A stretch of 63,626 bases of DNA, the filler included, from Bigelowiella natans CCMP2755 (Eukaryota; Protista; Cercozoa): the NCBI GenBank assembly GCA_000320545.1. It is 10 parts of 10 records of this genome, joined end to end, with 100 filler letters (N's around TTAATTAATTAA, not from the genome) between each part and the next. Parts side by side here need not be neighbours in the genome. Positions count along the whole stretch, not along the records: positions 52,851 to 63,626 come from ADNK01001218.1; 9 more parts are not named here. One strand, 5' to 3'. The notes below the pieces were generated by a model. It saw only the letters and a list, made by a program, of their open reading frames with translations, was not told where the DNA came from and made no database searches. Position numbers and translations under genes: made by a program. Numbering within the stretch: the stretch's first letter is position 1; the number at the start of each line of letters is the position of its first letter. Shown here piece by piece: positions 63,098-63,626 of the stretch.

Positions 63098-63626
63098 CCA
63101 AACCATATATCTTGGGATGATGAAACACCAACGAACACCCCTCCTCCCCCCCCACCGCCTCGGATGTAGTTAAGTTAAGGGCTCGGGATGCCGTGTAGTT
63201 TAAACAAGAAACTTTTTATGGGAACAAGAGATATTTCCTAATACACCTTGTTTTCTTCTCTTCCTTCTTCTTCTTTTTCTTGCAATCGCCATGAATCAGG
63301 CTATTTTGAGCCTTGCATGCTAGGCAGCCATAAGCTACTCCCATGAAGCCTAATTCACGAGTCTTTGTGTATTTGTTTATCGGGGGGGTGGGTGGTGTCT
63401 AATAGTTCGACGATTCTGTGTTTTTTTCACCGTGTGCCTACTTTGAAGAGGCGTACTTTACGAGATTCGCAGATGCTTTAATACATTGGCGACAAGCACG
63501 AACAGCAACGCTAAACTATCAGAATTCGTCGTGCAGGAGTCATTTAATAATTACCACGCTTAATTCTTGATTTCGGGTTTTGGCCAAGGCACGGTCTCTG
63601 TGTATTAAATTTGCAATGGCCGATTG

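Overview
Intron-rich eukaryotic nuclear DNA. The window is ten contigs joined by nine artificial 100-bp spacers (N44-TTAATTAATTAA-N44), so neighbourhoods across spacers are not biological. Most entries in the ORF track are microsatellite or intron noise; genes were rebuilt by hand-splicing GT-AG exons. Recognisable genes: ubiquitin-like-domain protein, a tandem two-repeat (2x6TM) Kv-type potassium channel, a DHHC-family palmitoyltransferase with a DHVC motif, a type II membrane protein, MUTYH N-terminus, Clu-domain fragment, carbonyl-reductase-like SDR, SEC14/GOLD protein, class 3 lipase, EMC1 3' half, DAG-lipase-like fragment, RhoGEF (DH) fragment, SAM+Tudor-like protein, EF-hand-like protein, a signal peptide+LRGG+acidic-tail protein, and a PH-domain protein. 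The LRGG protein suggests an alga with a secondary plastid, possibly a chlorarachniophyte (inference). Two signals stand out. First, intergenic tracts have lost almost all TpA except in CTAG while keeping CpG, which suggests a localised TpA-to-TpG/CpA hypermutation process (reverse of fungal RIP). Second, the single-chain two-repeat GYGD channel. A small MITE-like element with palindromic ends and several single-base frame breaks (probably assembly errors) are also present. All counts and splice models were made by eye.
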